Counted from the first letter of the stretch, positions 31,045 to 41,787 are shown. The stretch is 64,000 nt of DNA from Alphaproteobacteria bacterium (GCA_965225945.1 CBDDBZ010000036.1:320001-384000); one strand, 5' to 3'. The notes: generated from the letters alone by a model not told the origin. A program made the numbers and translations.

Positions 31045-31793
31045 CAGATCACTCCCACTTCGTTTCTGAGCTTGTCGACCAGCTCGGCGACGCTTTCCAC
31101 CTTGACGCCGGCCTGGCGCTTCGGCGGCTCCTCGACCTTCAGCACCACCACGCGCGGGGTCACGTCGACGCTCAGATCTTCGGGCGAGAATTCGTCGATC
31201 GTCTTCTTCTTCGCCTTCATGATGTTGGGCAGCGAGGCGTAACGCGGCTCGTTCAGGCGCAGGTCGGTGGTGACGATCGCCGGCAGGTCGATGGCGATGG
31301 TCTGCAAGCCGGCGTCGACCTCGCGGGTGACGTGGAGCTTGCCGTCGGTGAACTCCAGCTTGGAGGCGAAGGTGCCCTGGGGGCGGCCCAGCAGCGCGGC
31401 CAGCATCTGGCCGGTCTGATTGCAGTCGTCGTCGATCGCCTGCTTGCCGAGGATCACCAGCTCGGGCCCCTCCCGCTCGATCACCGCCTGCAGGATCTTG
31501 GCGACGTGCAGCGGCTCCAACGCCGCCTCCGTCACCACCAGGATGCCCCGATCGGCGCCCATCGCCAGCGCGGTGCGGATCGTCTCGCGGCACTGCGGCA
31601 CGCCGATCGAGATCGCCACGATCTCCTCGGCGTTGCCCGCCTCCTTGATCCGAAGCGCCTCCTCGACGGCGATTTCGTCGAACGGGTTCATCGACATCTT
31701 GACGTTGGCGAGGTCGACGCCGGTCTGATCCGCCTTGACCCGGATCTTCACGTTGTAGTCGACCACTCGTTTCACCGGGACGAGGATCTTCAT
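31044..31793 (-). CDS. etfB: Electron transfer flavoprotein beta subunit
   Basis: [48 protein letters not shown]. Confidence 0.96.
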   Translation of the reverse strand: MKILVPVKRVVDYNVKIRVKADQTGVDLANVKMSMNPFDEIAVEEALRIKEAGNAEEIVAISIGVPQCRETIRTALAMGADRGILVVTEAALEPLHVAKILQAVIEREGPELVILGKQAIDDDCNQTGQMLAALLGRPQGTFASKLEFTDGKLHVTREVDAGLQTIAIDLPAIVTTDLRLNEPRYASLPNIMKAKKKTIDEFSPEDLSVDVTPRVVVLKVEEPPKRQAGVKVESVAELVDKLRNEVGVI

Positions 31794-31973
31794 CGCGTCT
31801 CCCGCTCCCCTCTCGAGTTGGTGTGGGGCCCCCAGGGGTCCAGCGCAATTTCGAAGAGATGACGGCGCCCGGCGCGGCGCCGAAATCGCGGCGCAACCTA
31901 GGACCCGGACCCCGCCCTGTCAACGCATTGCTGGCCCCTTGCCGGCGCCTCCTCGGCCCCTGGGGCGGTCGCT

Positions 31974-32537
31974 TTACCGGTTGGCGCCGGGGCGCCAGAG
32001 AACGTCGAGGGCGCCGTCGTCGTTGACCTGGCGGGCGAGCACGAAGAGGTGGTCCGAGAGGCGATTGACATAGGCGATCGCCTGGGGGTTCAGGGTCTCG
32101 AGTTTGGCCAGTGCCACCATCAAGCGCTCTGCCCGGCGGGTGATGGTGCGGGCCAGGTGCAGATTAGCGCCGGCCGGCGTGCCGCCCGGCAGGATGAAGG
32201 AATCGAGCGGTCGTAGGCTTGCGTTGATCGAATCGATCTCGGCCTCCAGCCGCCCCACCTGGGCCTCGCCGATCCTGAGCGCGCCGGCCCTGCGGCTCGA
32301 CTCCTCCGGCGTGCAAAGGTCGGCGCCGAGGTCGAACAGGTCGTTCTGGATCCGCGCCAGCATCTCGTCGGCCTCGCCATCGGTGTGGAGGCGCGCGAGG
32401 CCGATCGCCGCGTTGGCCTCGTCGACGGTGCCGTAGGCGGCGACCCGAGGGCTATCCTTCGCCACCCTGGCGCCGTCGCCCAGGCTGGTCTCGCCGCCGT
32501 CGCCGCCCCGGGTGTAAATCTTGGTCAGTCGAACCAT
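31974..32537 (-). CDS. PduO-type ATP:cob(I)alamin adenosyltransferase
   Basis: KIYTRGGD.GETSL, YGTVDE.N, QNDLFDLGADL, SFILPGG, RRAER, NRLSD. Confidence 0.93.
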   Translation of the reverse strand: MVRLTKIYTRGGDGGETSLGDGARVAKDSPRVAAYGTVDEANAAIGLARLHTDGEADEMLARIQNDLFDLGADLCTPEESSRRAGALRIGEAQVGRLEAEIDSINASLRPLDSFILPGGTPAGANLHLARTITRRAERLMVALAKLETLNPQAIAYVNRLSDHLFVLARQVNDDGALDVLWRPGANR

Positions 32538-32598
32538 CCGCCACCTCCCCTCCTCACCGGCCCTAGTGGATAGAATCCACTAGCAGCCTGTCGGACTG

Positions 32599-33140
32599 AG
32601 GTCCGCGAGAAGGGGTGTGGACGGATCGGGATGTGGAGAGGTCATGGGTTCGGGCATCTTTCGTGAGGACATGGCGTCCGGCCGCTTGCTCGCGTGTATC
32701 GCGAGGCGAGCATACACTTTAGGCCCTTTCGCGAGGACACGGAGTTGGGCCGCTTGCTCACGCGTATTGCAGGGTGAACATTCTTTTGATGTTCCAAGCC
32801 AGGGTCACCAAGTTCCATTCGCCCCTGACCTTGTCCAGGCCGCGTAGCGAGAACTGGCGGAAGCCCATCAGGTCCGCGAGAAGGGGTGTGGACGGATCGG
32901 GATGTGGAGAGGTCATGGGTTCGGGCATCTTTCGTGAGGACATGGCGTCCGGCCGCTTGCTCGCGTGTATCGCGAGGCGAGCATACACTTTAGGCCCTTT
33001 CGCGAGGACACGGAGTTGGGCCGCTTGCTCACGCGTATTGCAGGGTGAACATTCTTTTGATGTTCCAAGCCAGGGTCACCAAGTTCCATTCGCCCCTGAC
33101 CTTGTCCAGGCCGCGTAGCGAGAACTGGCGGAAGCCCATC
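32599..33140. repeat. Direct tandem duplication, 2 x 271 bp (32599-32869 and 32870-33140)
   Basis: AGGTCCGCGAGAAGGGG...GAAGCCCATC occurs twice head-to-tail; single in copy B. Confidence 0.9.
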
Positions 33141-34324
33141 ACCGATTTGATGATGCCGAACACCGGTTCCGGCGTTTGCTTGCGCAGGGCGTAGAGTTGC
33201 CGGCCCTCGGGCGAGGCCAGTCGATGGCGCATCGCTTCCAGCGGCGTCGGGTTCTCCGGGGGCGGCGGTGCTCCGGCGAAGCGGTCCTTCCAGGAGAGAT
33301 GATGGTGCTCCCGAGCGGGCGCGATCAGCGGCGCGATCCCGGCCTCGGCGCAGGCCTTCACGTTGGCCTCGCTGAAGTAGCCGCTGTCCGCCAGCAGGGT
33401 CTCGGGCGCGCCCAGCGCCTCGGAGAGCCGCTCGAGCGCTTCCAGCGCCGGCTCGATGTGTTGCTTGTCGTTGGGGGCCTGGACCACATCGTTGGTGACC
33501 ACCAGCAGGCTGTCGACCGCCACCGTGGCCTGGGCGTTGTAAGACTGTTCGAAGCCACCGCCGGCCACCGGCGGCTTGGGCGGACGGCCGCCCGGCTTGC
33601 GGCCCGTCTTCTCGGCCTTCTCCGCGCGCGCCTGGAGCTTCGCCTCGTACTCGGCCCGCTCCCGCTCATGGCGTTCGCGCGCCCGCGCCTCGATCGCCGC
33701 CTTGGCCTCGGCGATGCGGGCCAGACGATCCTCGCGCCGGGCCAGTTCTTCCGGTACCGACATCCCGTCCGGCACATCCGCCGCATCGGCCGCCTCCGCC
33801 AGCCTCATCAGTTCCACCACCTCGGCCTTCAACCGGGCTTCGATCTCGCAGGCGTGTTTCCACGACAAGGCACTGTGGCGGCTCGCGTTGGCATGCACCT
33901 TGGTGCCGTCCAGCGCCACCGTGCCCAGCTTCAGCAGCCCGGTTTCCCGAGCCAGCAGCAGCACCTCGACGAACAGCCCTGCGATCGAAACGAGAAAGCG
34001 CCGCCGGAAGCTGGCGATGGTGTCGTGGTCGGGATGGTCGTTGGCGGCGATGAAGCGGAAGGCCACCGAATCATAGGTCGCGCGCTCCAGCTTGCGGCTC
34101 GAAAACACTCCCGTGGCGTAGCCGTAGACCAGAAGCCCCAGCAGCACGCTCGGGTGATAGGACGCCGAGCCCGAGCCGCGATAGGCCTTCACGAACGCCG
34201 AGAGGTCCAACTGCTCGATCACCTCGACCACGAAGCGCGCCAGATGCCGCTCGGGAAGCCATTCATCCACCGACGGCGGCAGCAGAAACCCCGTCTCGCG
34301 GTCCACCGCTCGGAAGTTGCTCAT
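33029..34324 (-). CDS. IS1182-family transposase
   Basis: LLPPSV.EWLPE.HLARFV, SSRKLE, PDH.TI..FR, ALDGTK, ADSGY, EPVFG.IK. Confidence 0.88.
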   Translation of the reverse strand: MSNFRAVDRETGFLLPPSVDEWLPERHLARFVVEVIEQLDLSAFVKAYRGSGSASYHPSVLLGLLVYGYATGVFSSRKLERATYDSVAFRFIAANDHPDHDTIASFRRRFLVSIAGLFVEVLLLARETGLLKLGTVALDGTKVHANASRHSALSWKHACEIEARLKAEVVELMRLAEAADAADVPDGMSVPEELARREDRLARIAEAKAAIEARARERHERERAEYEAKLQARAEKAEKTGRKPGGRPPKPPVAGGGFEQSYNAQATVAVDSLLVVTNDVVQAPNDKQHIEPALEALERLSEALGAPETLLADSGYFSEANVKACAEAGIAPLIAPAREHHHLSWKDRFAGAPPPPENPTPLEAMRHRLASPEGRQLYALRKQTPEPVFGIIKSVMGFRQFSLRGLDKVRGEWNLVTLAWNIKRMFTLQYA

Positions 34325-34404
34325 CACGGCCTCCATCAATCGCGGGCGAATCAACCGATGCCATCGAATCAGATCACACCCCTCGGCTCAAGTCCGACAG
34401 GCTG

Positions 34405-34593
34405 CTAGAGCAGGAACAACAGCACGAACAGGACGACGGCGGCGAATTGCAGGCCGATCCGCCAGCGCATCAGCTTGTTAGACCGGATCCGGCCGGCCTC
34501 GCCCCCCTTGCCCATGGTGAGGACGCCGGCCAGCAAGACCGCGACGACGGCGACCAGGGTGACGACGATCGCCGCTTTCAGGAGCCAGCTCAT
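34405..34593 (-). CDS. Twin transmembrane helix small protein (HIG1-like)
   Basis: Two TM helices around SNKLMRWRI..Q; normally directly upstream of pduO; stop codon lies in the IS target CTAG. Confidence 0.85.
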   Translation of the reverse strand: MSWLLKAAIVVTLVAVVAVLLAGVLTMGKGGEAGRIRSNKLMRWRIGLQFAAVVLFVLLFLL

Positions 34594-34815
34594 GGCACCG
34601 ATTTAGCACCCAACGGGTTATCCGTCGCGACGCGTGCGCGTAGCATGGCCCGGCCGGCCCGCTCCCGGTCTTCTCCCCTGGCCAAACCACCCGAGCGTCC
34701 CGGCTGGGCCAGGCGGCGCGTCGGGCCTCCCGCTCCTGGGTGGTTGGGCGGGGGAGTGGGAGGCCCGGCGGGCCGCGCGAGCGGCCATCGACAAAGAGCG
34801 CGTCGGGCCTCCCGC

Positions 34816-35610
34816 TCAGCCGTGCGGGCGGACGCTCTTCCAGTATTTGTGGTTCAGCAGCGACATCAGGTGATCGTGGCGGTACTGCAAGCACTCGCGC
34901 AGGGAAAACACGTCGCCGTCGTCGAGCTTGTCCCGGCATCCTTCCAGGCCGTCGGCGGCGATCTCGCGACCCGCCTCGGCGATACCCGATGGCGCCTCGG
35001 CGAGGGCCCGCGTCCAGAGGGTCTCTCGTGCCCTCGCCCCGGCCTTGCGGCCTTCGGGCAACGCGTTGATCAGATAGCTCAAGAGGCGAACGCCCTGGGT
35101 CCGCTCGCCGGCGTGCTCGACGATCTCCTCGCCGAGCAAGCGATTGGGGCCGAGCGCCGTGGCGATCTGCTCGGGCTCATGGCGCCGGTGGTGGCTGGGA
35201 AGTGGCTTCGGGATCAGCGCGACGCGGCGCCCGATCTCGATGCCGAGCCGCTCGGCGCCGAGCGCGCGGCGCAGGCTTTCGGGCACCGAAACGCGGACGG
35301 CGGCATAGCCGCGCTGGCTGACGTAGCGCGCCTCGGGCGGCGAGGGCAGGCGCCGCGTGGTCCCGTCCGGCGCCGTCGCGACCAAGGTGATCAGGGCGCC
35401 CTCGGCCGGCAGATAGAGGCTGGCATGGCTGGGGCTGGCCCGTCTCGGTTCCATGCAGAACGAGCTGAACTCGGCGTAACACTCCGCGCCATCGCAACTG
35501 AGCGGCTTGGCGCCCTCGGTCTGGACCAGCGCCAGAATCTGGGGCGCGGCGGTGGCGCCGGCCAGCGGCGCCAGGGCGAGCGCGAACGCGGCGGCGATAC
35601 GAAGCGACAT
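34816..35610 (-). CDS. Secreted Cys-containing hypothetical protein
   Basis: GGAG RBS; signal peptide; L.C....C.AE.SSFCMEP.R; C-terminal C..C..HD. Confidence 0.6.
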   Translation of the reverse strand: MSLRIAAAFALALAPLAGATAAPQILALVQTEGAKPLSCDGAECYAEFSSFCMEPRRASPSHASLYLPAEGALITLVATAPDGTTRRLPSPPEARYVSQRGYAAVRVSVPESLRRALGAERLGIEIGRRVALIPKPLPSHHRRHEPEQIATALGPNRLLGEEIVEHAGERTQGVRLLSYLINALPEGRKAGARARETLWTRALAEAPSGIAEAGREIAADGLEGCRDKLDDGDVFSLRECLQYRHDHLMSLLNHKYWKSVRPHG

Positions 35611-35744
35611 GACGAGGTCTCCTCTCCTCGGAGACGGGCGCCGCTCGGGGCCCGAGTGGTCGACCCGCCGGCCGCCCGTCCCCGGGTGGCCCGGCGTCCC
35701 GCCTCGACTGTCACTAAGTGTCGCAGAGTCCCGCCGCCTCGGCA

Positions 35745-35808
35745 AGCCTCGCCACCGCACAGCCTCGCCACCGCACAGCCTCGCCACCGCACGGCCTCGC
35801 CGCCGCAC
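35745..35808. repeat. 16-bp tandem repeat x4 (AGCCTCGCCACCGCAC) in a divergent intergenic region
   Basis: Three exact units and one degenerate unit. Confidence 0.85.
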
Positions 35809-35891
35809 TGCCGGCGCCGGCCCCTTGTCGGCACGCGCCGGTGGCCTATCTTGCATCGGCACCGCCGCATTTCGGCGAGGGGAGGCCAGCC

Positions 35892-36254
35892 ATGTCTGAT
35901 TTGTCCGCACTACACTCGCTCGGCGCGCTGCCCGGCCGGGTCACTCTGGCGGAGGCGACGGGCGCGCCGATTCCCGAGGGCCAGCGCTCCGCGCTGCTGA
36001 TGCGTCACGGCTCGATGACGCTCCGCTATTACGCGCCGCGCGGCACCGATCCGCAGACGCCGCACGAGCAGGACGAGATCTACCTCGTCGCCTCCGGCAC
36101 CGGCAGCTTCGTCAACGGCGCCGAGCGCGTGACCTTCGGCCCGGGCGACGTGCTCTTCGTGCCAGCGCGCAGCGAGCACCGTTTCGAGGATTTCAGCGAC
36201 GATCTCGGCCTCTGGGTCGTGTTCTGGGGTCCGGCCGGCGGCGAGGCGGGATAA
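35892..36254 (+). CDS. Cupin-domain protein
   Basis: DPQTPH.QDEIY.V.SG.G, GPGD.LFVPA..EHRF..FS.D. Confidence 0.88.
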   Translation: MSDLSALHSLGALPGRVTLAEATGAPIPEGQRSALLMRHGSMTLRYYAPRGTDPQTPHEQDEIYLVASGTGSFVNGAERVTFGPGDVLFVPARSEHRFEDFSDDLGLWVVFWGPAGGEAG

Positions 36255-36395
36255 ACCCCACTATCGCAACGGATTATATGGAACAGGCGGGCGCCTGGTT
36301 CCGGAGAAGTCACCACTAAGTCACCAAGTGACATCATTTCGAGGCGGAATCGTCCGTCCCGAAGCGATCGACAGCGAGCCGCGCGAGGTGACGAC

Positions 36396-36566
36396 ATGCC
36401 CGCTTCCGAACCGTTCTTCGTCGACCGGATCTCGATACTGACGCCACCCGGCTTCCAGGACCAGGTTCGAGAGGCCGCCCGCCAGGAAGGCCAAACCGCC
36501 TCCGAGTTCATCCGCTCCGCCATCCGCGACAAGCTGCGCACCGTCGAGCAGCCCGAGGCCGGCTGA
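36396..36566 (+). CDS. Small ribbon-helix-helix (CopG-like) protein, 56 aa, not in ORF track
   Basis: MPASEPFFVDRISILTPPGFQDQVREAARQEGQTASEFIRSAIRDKL...; GAGG RBS. Confidence 0.6.
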   Translation: MPASEPFFVDRISILTPPGFQDQVREAARQEGQTASEFIRSAIRDKLRTVEQPEAG

Positions 36567-36697
36567 TGGCCGCCACCACCACATCCCTCCGCGCCCGGCG
36601 CTCCCGTGAGAAGGGCGCCGAGCGCGAGGTGGTGCACCTGCACACGGCCATGGGCATCCGTGCCGATCGTGGTGCAGGTCAAAAGACAGGCCGATGA
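36566..36697 (+). pseudogene. Truncated phage Holliday-junction-resolvase-like N-terminus
   Basis: SREKGAEREVV..H...GI.A.R motif; TGATG coupling to the RHH ORF; early stop. Confidence 0.4.
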
Positions 36698-36898
36698 CCA
36701 ACGATCAGCAGCTTTCTCCGGGCGCCATCCGCAGTCGCCGGTTGCGCGAGCGCCGACGAAACGGTTGGACGAGAGTGATCGCCGTCGAGGTCAGCGCGAT
36801 GGACGCGGTGGCGCTCCGAGGGGCGGGGTTCCTCAGGCCAGGCGAGTCGGCCGTTGACGCCCTTCCGAAGGCACTGCGGCGTTGTATCGATTTGGTGA

Positions 36899-38318
36899 TG
36901 TATCGCACCCGGTTCCTTGGACACAAGTTTGTCTCATGCGGCGGGCCTGAGTGACATCGCGGTGTGCCACGCCTGACGAGCTTGAGCGGGGCTCAGGTAG
37001 CCGTTCTTCTCCACGATCCACTGGGCATTGTACTGTTCGACGAACCCGCGGACGGCGTTCCGCAGCTCCGCGATGTTGCGGTAGATGCGGCCATGGATGA
37101 TCTGTTCCTTGAGCGTGCGATTGAACCTCTCGGCGACGCCGTTGGTCTGGGGCTGTTCGACGAAGGCGTAGGACGGCTGGATGCCCCAGAACTTGATCTG
37201 GTTGGTGAAGTGGTCCGACAGATACTGGGAGCCGTGATCCATCCGCAAGGCCAGCCCCCGCGCCGCACCGGCGGAGGTCGAGGCATACAGCCTCGCAAGC
37301 CCCATGGAGATCGGCTGAAGGGCGGCGAAGCGGTCGCCTCGCTTGCACACATGCCAGCCGACGCACTCGGCGTTCCAATGCTCGATGGCGGTGAATATCC
37401 AGCCCCAGCCGTCGTCCACCGTGAACACCCGAACGCCGTCCGTGCCCCACATGAGGTTGGGGGCATGGGTGATGATCTCACCGACATGGGGATTTCCGCC
37501 ACGGCGGCGGCAGCGATGGGGCGAGAGCAGGTTGTTCTCGCGCATCACCCGGAGCACCCGCTTGCGGGAAACACGGATGCCACGACAGACCCGAAGCCGA
37601 GCCCAGACCTTGCGGTGTCCCTCGCCCTCCCAGGGGGATGCCTCCAGGTCGGCCTCGATGGCCACCAGCAGAGCCTCGTCCGAGATCGAGGGCTTCGGTC
37701 CCCGGCGCTTTGCTGGTGGGCGCTCAGCGGTGGCCTGCTGCCGGGATTTCATGGCGTAGAACGAGGAACGGGCAAAACCCCAGGCCGCACAGACCCGCTG
37801 GAGGCCGTAGGCCAAACCCGTGCCGGGAGAGGTGGCGGCACTCATCGCCGCGACCTCCGCCGCCCCAAAGGGCCGGACGTCTCCGTCTTGGCCTCCAGCA
37901 GTTCCACCTGCATGATCAACTCCCCGATCCGCTTCATGGCGATGTCCAGTTCCGCCTTTACCGGATCGCCCTTGCGTTCCTTGAGCGAGGCATCGATCCC
38001 GGCGATCGCCTTCTCACGCCACTGCTCGAGCCGGAAAATCTCCACGCCCAACTGCCGCGACAAAAGTTCCACCGGCTCGCCACGCAAAAGCCGCAGGGCA
38101 ACCTCACGCTTGCGCGTCACCGTCCACCGCTGGCCAAGTCCCAGCGGGCCTGCCGGCGAAACCTGGCCCGGGGAAAACGTGGACGAGCCAAGCTCGCCCT
38201 CGTTTACCACAGGCCCATCAACAGCAACTTTGTTCTCAAAATTGTCGGTCATCTTCCGGTCCTCCTTGGACACTTCGATTAAGCCAATTCTGTGTCCAAG
38301 GAAATTGGGTCCGACTCA
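36899..38318 (-). mobile_element. Two-ORF DDE IS, copy 2 (orfA 37842-38252, orfB 36934-37845), 14-bp TSD TATCGATTTGGTGA
   Basis: Inverted near-identical copy of 24485-25924; direct repeats at 36885-36898 and 38319-38332. Confidence 0.9.
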
Positions 38319-38359
38319 TATCGATTTGGTGACGCGTTCCCGTTGAGCACGAGGACAGC

Positions 38360-38999
38360 ATGACTAAGCCAATTACTGACCGCCCCCTGAAACAAGCAGG
38401 CCGCAAGCCCATGGACTACGACGAGAGAATCGCCGGCGAGGTGTGCGAGCGCCTATCGCAAGGCGAGACCCTGCGCGCAATATGCGAAGACCCAGCCTTG
38501 CCGTCCCATCAGACAATCTATCGGTGGGTGGCTGCCACGCCCACATTCAGGGCCGCATACGCGCGCGCGCGAAGCTCAGATGGAGACATGGGCCGACGAC
38601 CTGATAGAGATCGCCGACGACGCTTCGGGTGACTACATCGACCGGGTGGCGGCGGACGGCACAATTGAGCACGTCGTCGACCCTGAAACCGTGCAGAGAT
38701 CCAAACTGCGGATGGACGCTCGTAAGTGGATCATGGCGAGACTCGCGGCCAGGACATACGGCGACAAGCTGGACCTGAACCTGAGCGCCACCGTCGAGGT
38801 CGGGGCGCTGAGCGACGCCGAGCTTGAAGCGCGCACCAAGGCCCGGCTGAAGGCCCTGGGCGTCGAAATAGCCGGGCCGTTGCTACGCGGAAGGGCCGAC
38901 GCTACCGGCGCCTGGCGAGGCCGAGGACGACGACGAGGACGACGACAGTTAGTGTGGAGCTATTCCGCCTTTGCCAGTGAAGCCGAAAACGTAGGATAA
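38360..38999 (+). pseudogene. Terminase small subunit-like gene, frameshifted near 38575
   Basis: GR..DY...IA.E.CERL..GETLR.IC.D..LPS..T.YRW...F...YARAR joined to WADDLIEIADD..RSKLR.DARKW..A.L....YGDK. Confidence 0.75.
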
Positions 39000-39426
39000 T
39001 TATTGGCGCGGTGCAACAAACCGGGAGAATAACGCAAGAATGGCGGTTTTCCGGGCTTTCCCTGAACCCATAATTTTCGTTATGACAAATTGAAGGCAGA
39101 AACCGGCGGTTTTCCGCCGTCCCTATCTGACGTTACAGCCGCACTATCCGACGTTGGATTACTTCGCTATTCCGTCGTAATGACGGCAAGGGGGGGCCAT
39201 TGAATAGGGGTCCCGGCCCGAAAAGCCGAGTCGCCGACCCCCACCATGCCGCCCCGAGCGCGACCCCACCCCCGCCTCACGTATTTATCCCCACCCTCCT
39301 CCCGGTCGGCGAATTTTCACCGCCAAGAAAAGCGACGTTAAAGTTAAGTAGTGTCTTATAGATCAGTTTTCAGGGTAGACCATCGGCAAGCGGCCGTCGT
39401 CTCGGCCAGGGTGGCAATCCGACCCG

Positions 39427-40984
39427 CTAGCAGCCTGTCGGACTTGAGCCGAGGGGTGTGATCTGATTCGATGGCATCGGTTGGTTCGCCCGCGATTGAT
39501 GGAGGCCGTGATGAGCAACTTCCGAGCGGTGGACCGCGAGACGGGGTTTCTGCTGCCGCCGTCGGTGGATGAATGGCTTCCCGAGCGGCATCTGGCGCGC
39601 TTCGTGGTCGAGGTGATCGAGCAGTTGGACCTCTCGGCGTTCGTGAAGGCCTATCGCGGCTCGGGCTCGGCGTCCTATCACCCGAGCGTGCTGCTGGGGC
39701 TTCTGGTCTACGGCTACGCCACGGGAGTGTTTTCGAGCCGCAAGCTGGAGCGCGCGACCTATGATTCGGTGGCCTTCCGCTTCATCGCCGCCAACGACCA
39801 TCCCGACCACGACACCATCGCCAGCTTCCGGCGGCGCTTTCTCGTTTCGATCGCAGGGCTGTTCGTCGAGGTGCTGCTGCTGGCTCGGGAAACCGGGCTG
39901 CTGAAGCTGGGCACGGTGGCGCTGGACGGCACCAAGGTGCATGCCAACGCGAGCCGCCACAGTGCCTTGTCGTGGAAACACGCCTGCGAGATCGAAGCCC
40001 GGTTGAAGGCCGAGGTGGTGGAACTGATGAGGCTGGCGGAGGCGGCCGATGCGGCGGATGTGCCGGACGGGATGTCGGTACCGGAAGAACTGGCCCGGCG
40101 CGAGGATCGTCTGGCCCGCATCGCCGAGGCCAAGGCGGCGATCGAGGCGCGGGCGCGCGAACGCCATGAGCGGGAGCGGGCCGAGTACGAGGCGAAGCTC
40201 CAGGCGCGCGCGGAGAAGGCCGGGAAGACGGGCCGCAAGCCGGGCGGCCGTCCGCCCAAGCCGCCGGTGGCCGGCGGTGGCTTCGAACAGTCTTACAACG
40301 CCCAGGCCACGGTGGCGGTCGACAGCCTGCTGGTGGTCACCAACGATGTGGTCCAGGCCCCCAACGACAAGCAACACATCGAGCCGGCGCTGGAAGCGCT
40401 CGAGCGGCTCTCCGAGGCGCTGGGCGCGCCCGAGACCCTGCTGGCGGACAGCGGCTACTTCAGCGAGGCCAACGTGAAGGCCTGCGCCGAGGCCGGGATC
40501 GCGCCGCTGATCGCGCCCGCTCGGGAGCACCATCATCTCTCCTGGAAGGACCGCTTCGCCGGAGCACCGCCGCCCCCGGAGAACCCGACGCCGCTGGAAG
40601 CGATGCGCCATCGACTGGCCTCGCCCGAGGGCCGGCAACTCTACGCCCTGCGCAAGCAAACGCCGGAACCGGTGTTCGGCATCATCAAATCGGTGATGGG
40701 CTTCCGCCAGTTCTCGCTACGCGGCCTGGACAAGGTCAGGGGCGAATGGAACTTGGTGACCCTGGCTTGGAACATCAAAAGAATGTTCACCCTGCAATAC
40801 GCGTGAGCAAGCGGCCCAACTCCGTGTCCTCGCGAAAGGGCCTAAAGTGTATGCTCGCCTCGCGATACACGCGAGCAAGCGGCCGGACGCCATGTCCTCA
40901 CGAAAGATGCCCGAACCCATGACCTCTCCACATCCCGATCCGTCCACACCCCTTCTCGCGGACCTCAGTCCGACAGGCTGCTAG
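39427..40984 (+). mobile_element. IS1182-family element, copy B (transposase 39511-40806)
   Basis: Same TIRs and CTAG flanks as copy A; protein differs by one residue (E/G). Confidence 0.9.
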
Positions 40985-41241
40985 CCGAGTCTCGACCAGC
41001 TCGCCCATGACCGCGTGCCCTTCTGACTTCCGATACCGCGGCGAGGGCCACCAATGTCGGCTATTGGGGGTACATTCCCCGTCGGGCCGGGGTGGCCGAT
41101 TCGGTCATTGACAGCCAAAGAACGAAACCGCTTTCAGCGGTAGTTCGTGGTGCCGGGCGGTGAGGTCGGTGGCGTAACGGATGGGTCGATCCTGTGTTGA
41201 GGTTTGGAGTTCCGAAGCTCACGCAACACGGGAGCAGACCC

Positions 41242-41787
41242 ATGACCGATAGTGACAAGACCATCAGCCCGCTGCGCCAGCGCATGATCGACGACATGGT
41301 GCTTCGCGGCTTCAGTGCCAACACGCAGCGCGGCTACATCAGTGCGGTGGCCGGCTTTTCCGACTTTCTCGCACGCTCTCCGGATCGGGCGGAGGCGGAG
41401 GATCTCAGGCGCTATCAAGTGCATATGCGCAAAGCAGGCGCATCGGCGACGACGATGAACGCGGCGGTCTCGGCATTGCGGTTCTTCTTCGGCGTCACGC
41501 TCGGCCGAGGCGACGCCGAGATCGGCATGACGACGGTGGCAATGCCGCGCAAGCTGCCGGTGATCCTGAGCGTCGAGGAAATGGCGCGGCTTCTCGATGC
41601 CGCCCCCGGTCCCAAATACAAGGCGGCCTTTTCGCTGGCCTATGGCGCCGGCCTGCGCGCTTCGGAGGTGGTCCATCTCAAGGTCCCGGACATCGACAGC
41701 AACCGCAAGACGCTTCGCATCGAGCAAGGTAAGGGCCGCCGAGATCGCTACGCCATGCTCTCGGATCGCGCCGTCGAGCAGCTCAGG
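41242..41787 (+). pseudogene. Tyrosine recombinase of the type found upstream of IS91-like transposases, truncated by IS256
   Basis: ISPLRQRMIDDM.LR.FS..TQ..Y, KLPVILS.EE, YGAGLR.SE, GKGRRDRY; HxxRH and Tyr half missing. Confidence 0.75.

Larger units (their letters stand above)
32580..34408 (-). mobile_element. IS1182-family element, copy A, with internal 271-bp tandem duplication
   Basis: TIR CAGCCTGTCGGACT at both ends, flanked by CTAG. Confidence 0.88.

Noticed and set aside
30097-31923. 608-aa ORF suggesting an EtfB-EtfA fusion
   Set aside because: The upstream part is an off-frame reading over etfB; etfA starts at 31044
35745-35808. Possible CRISPR array
   Set aside because: Contiguous 16-bp units with no spacers and no cas genes in the window
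24485-38318. Inversion between the two inverted two-ORF IS copies
   Set aside because: Each copy retains its own matching 14-bp TSD
32580-40984. Inversion or composite transposon between the inverted IS1182 copies
   Set aside because: The twin-TM gene keeps its normal orientation upstream of pduO; palindromic CTAG flanks are uninformative
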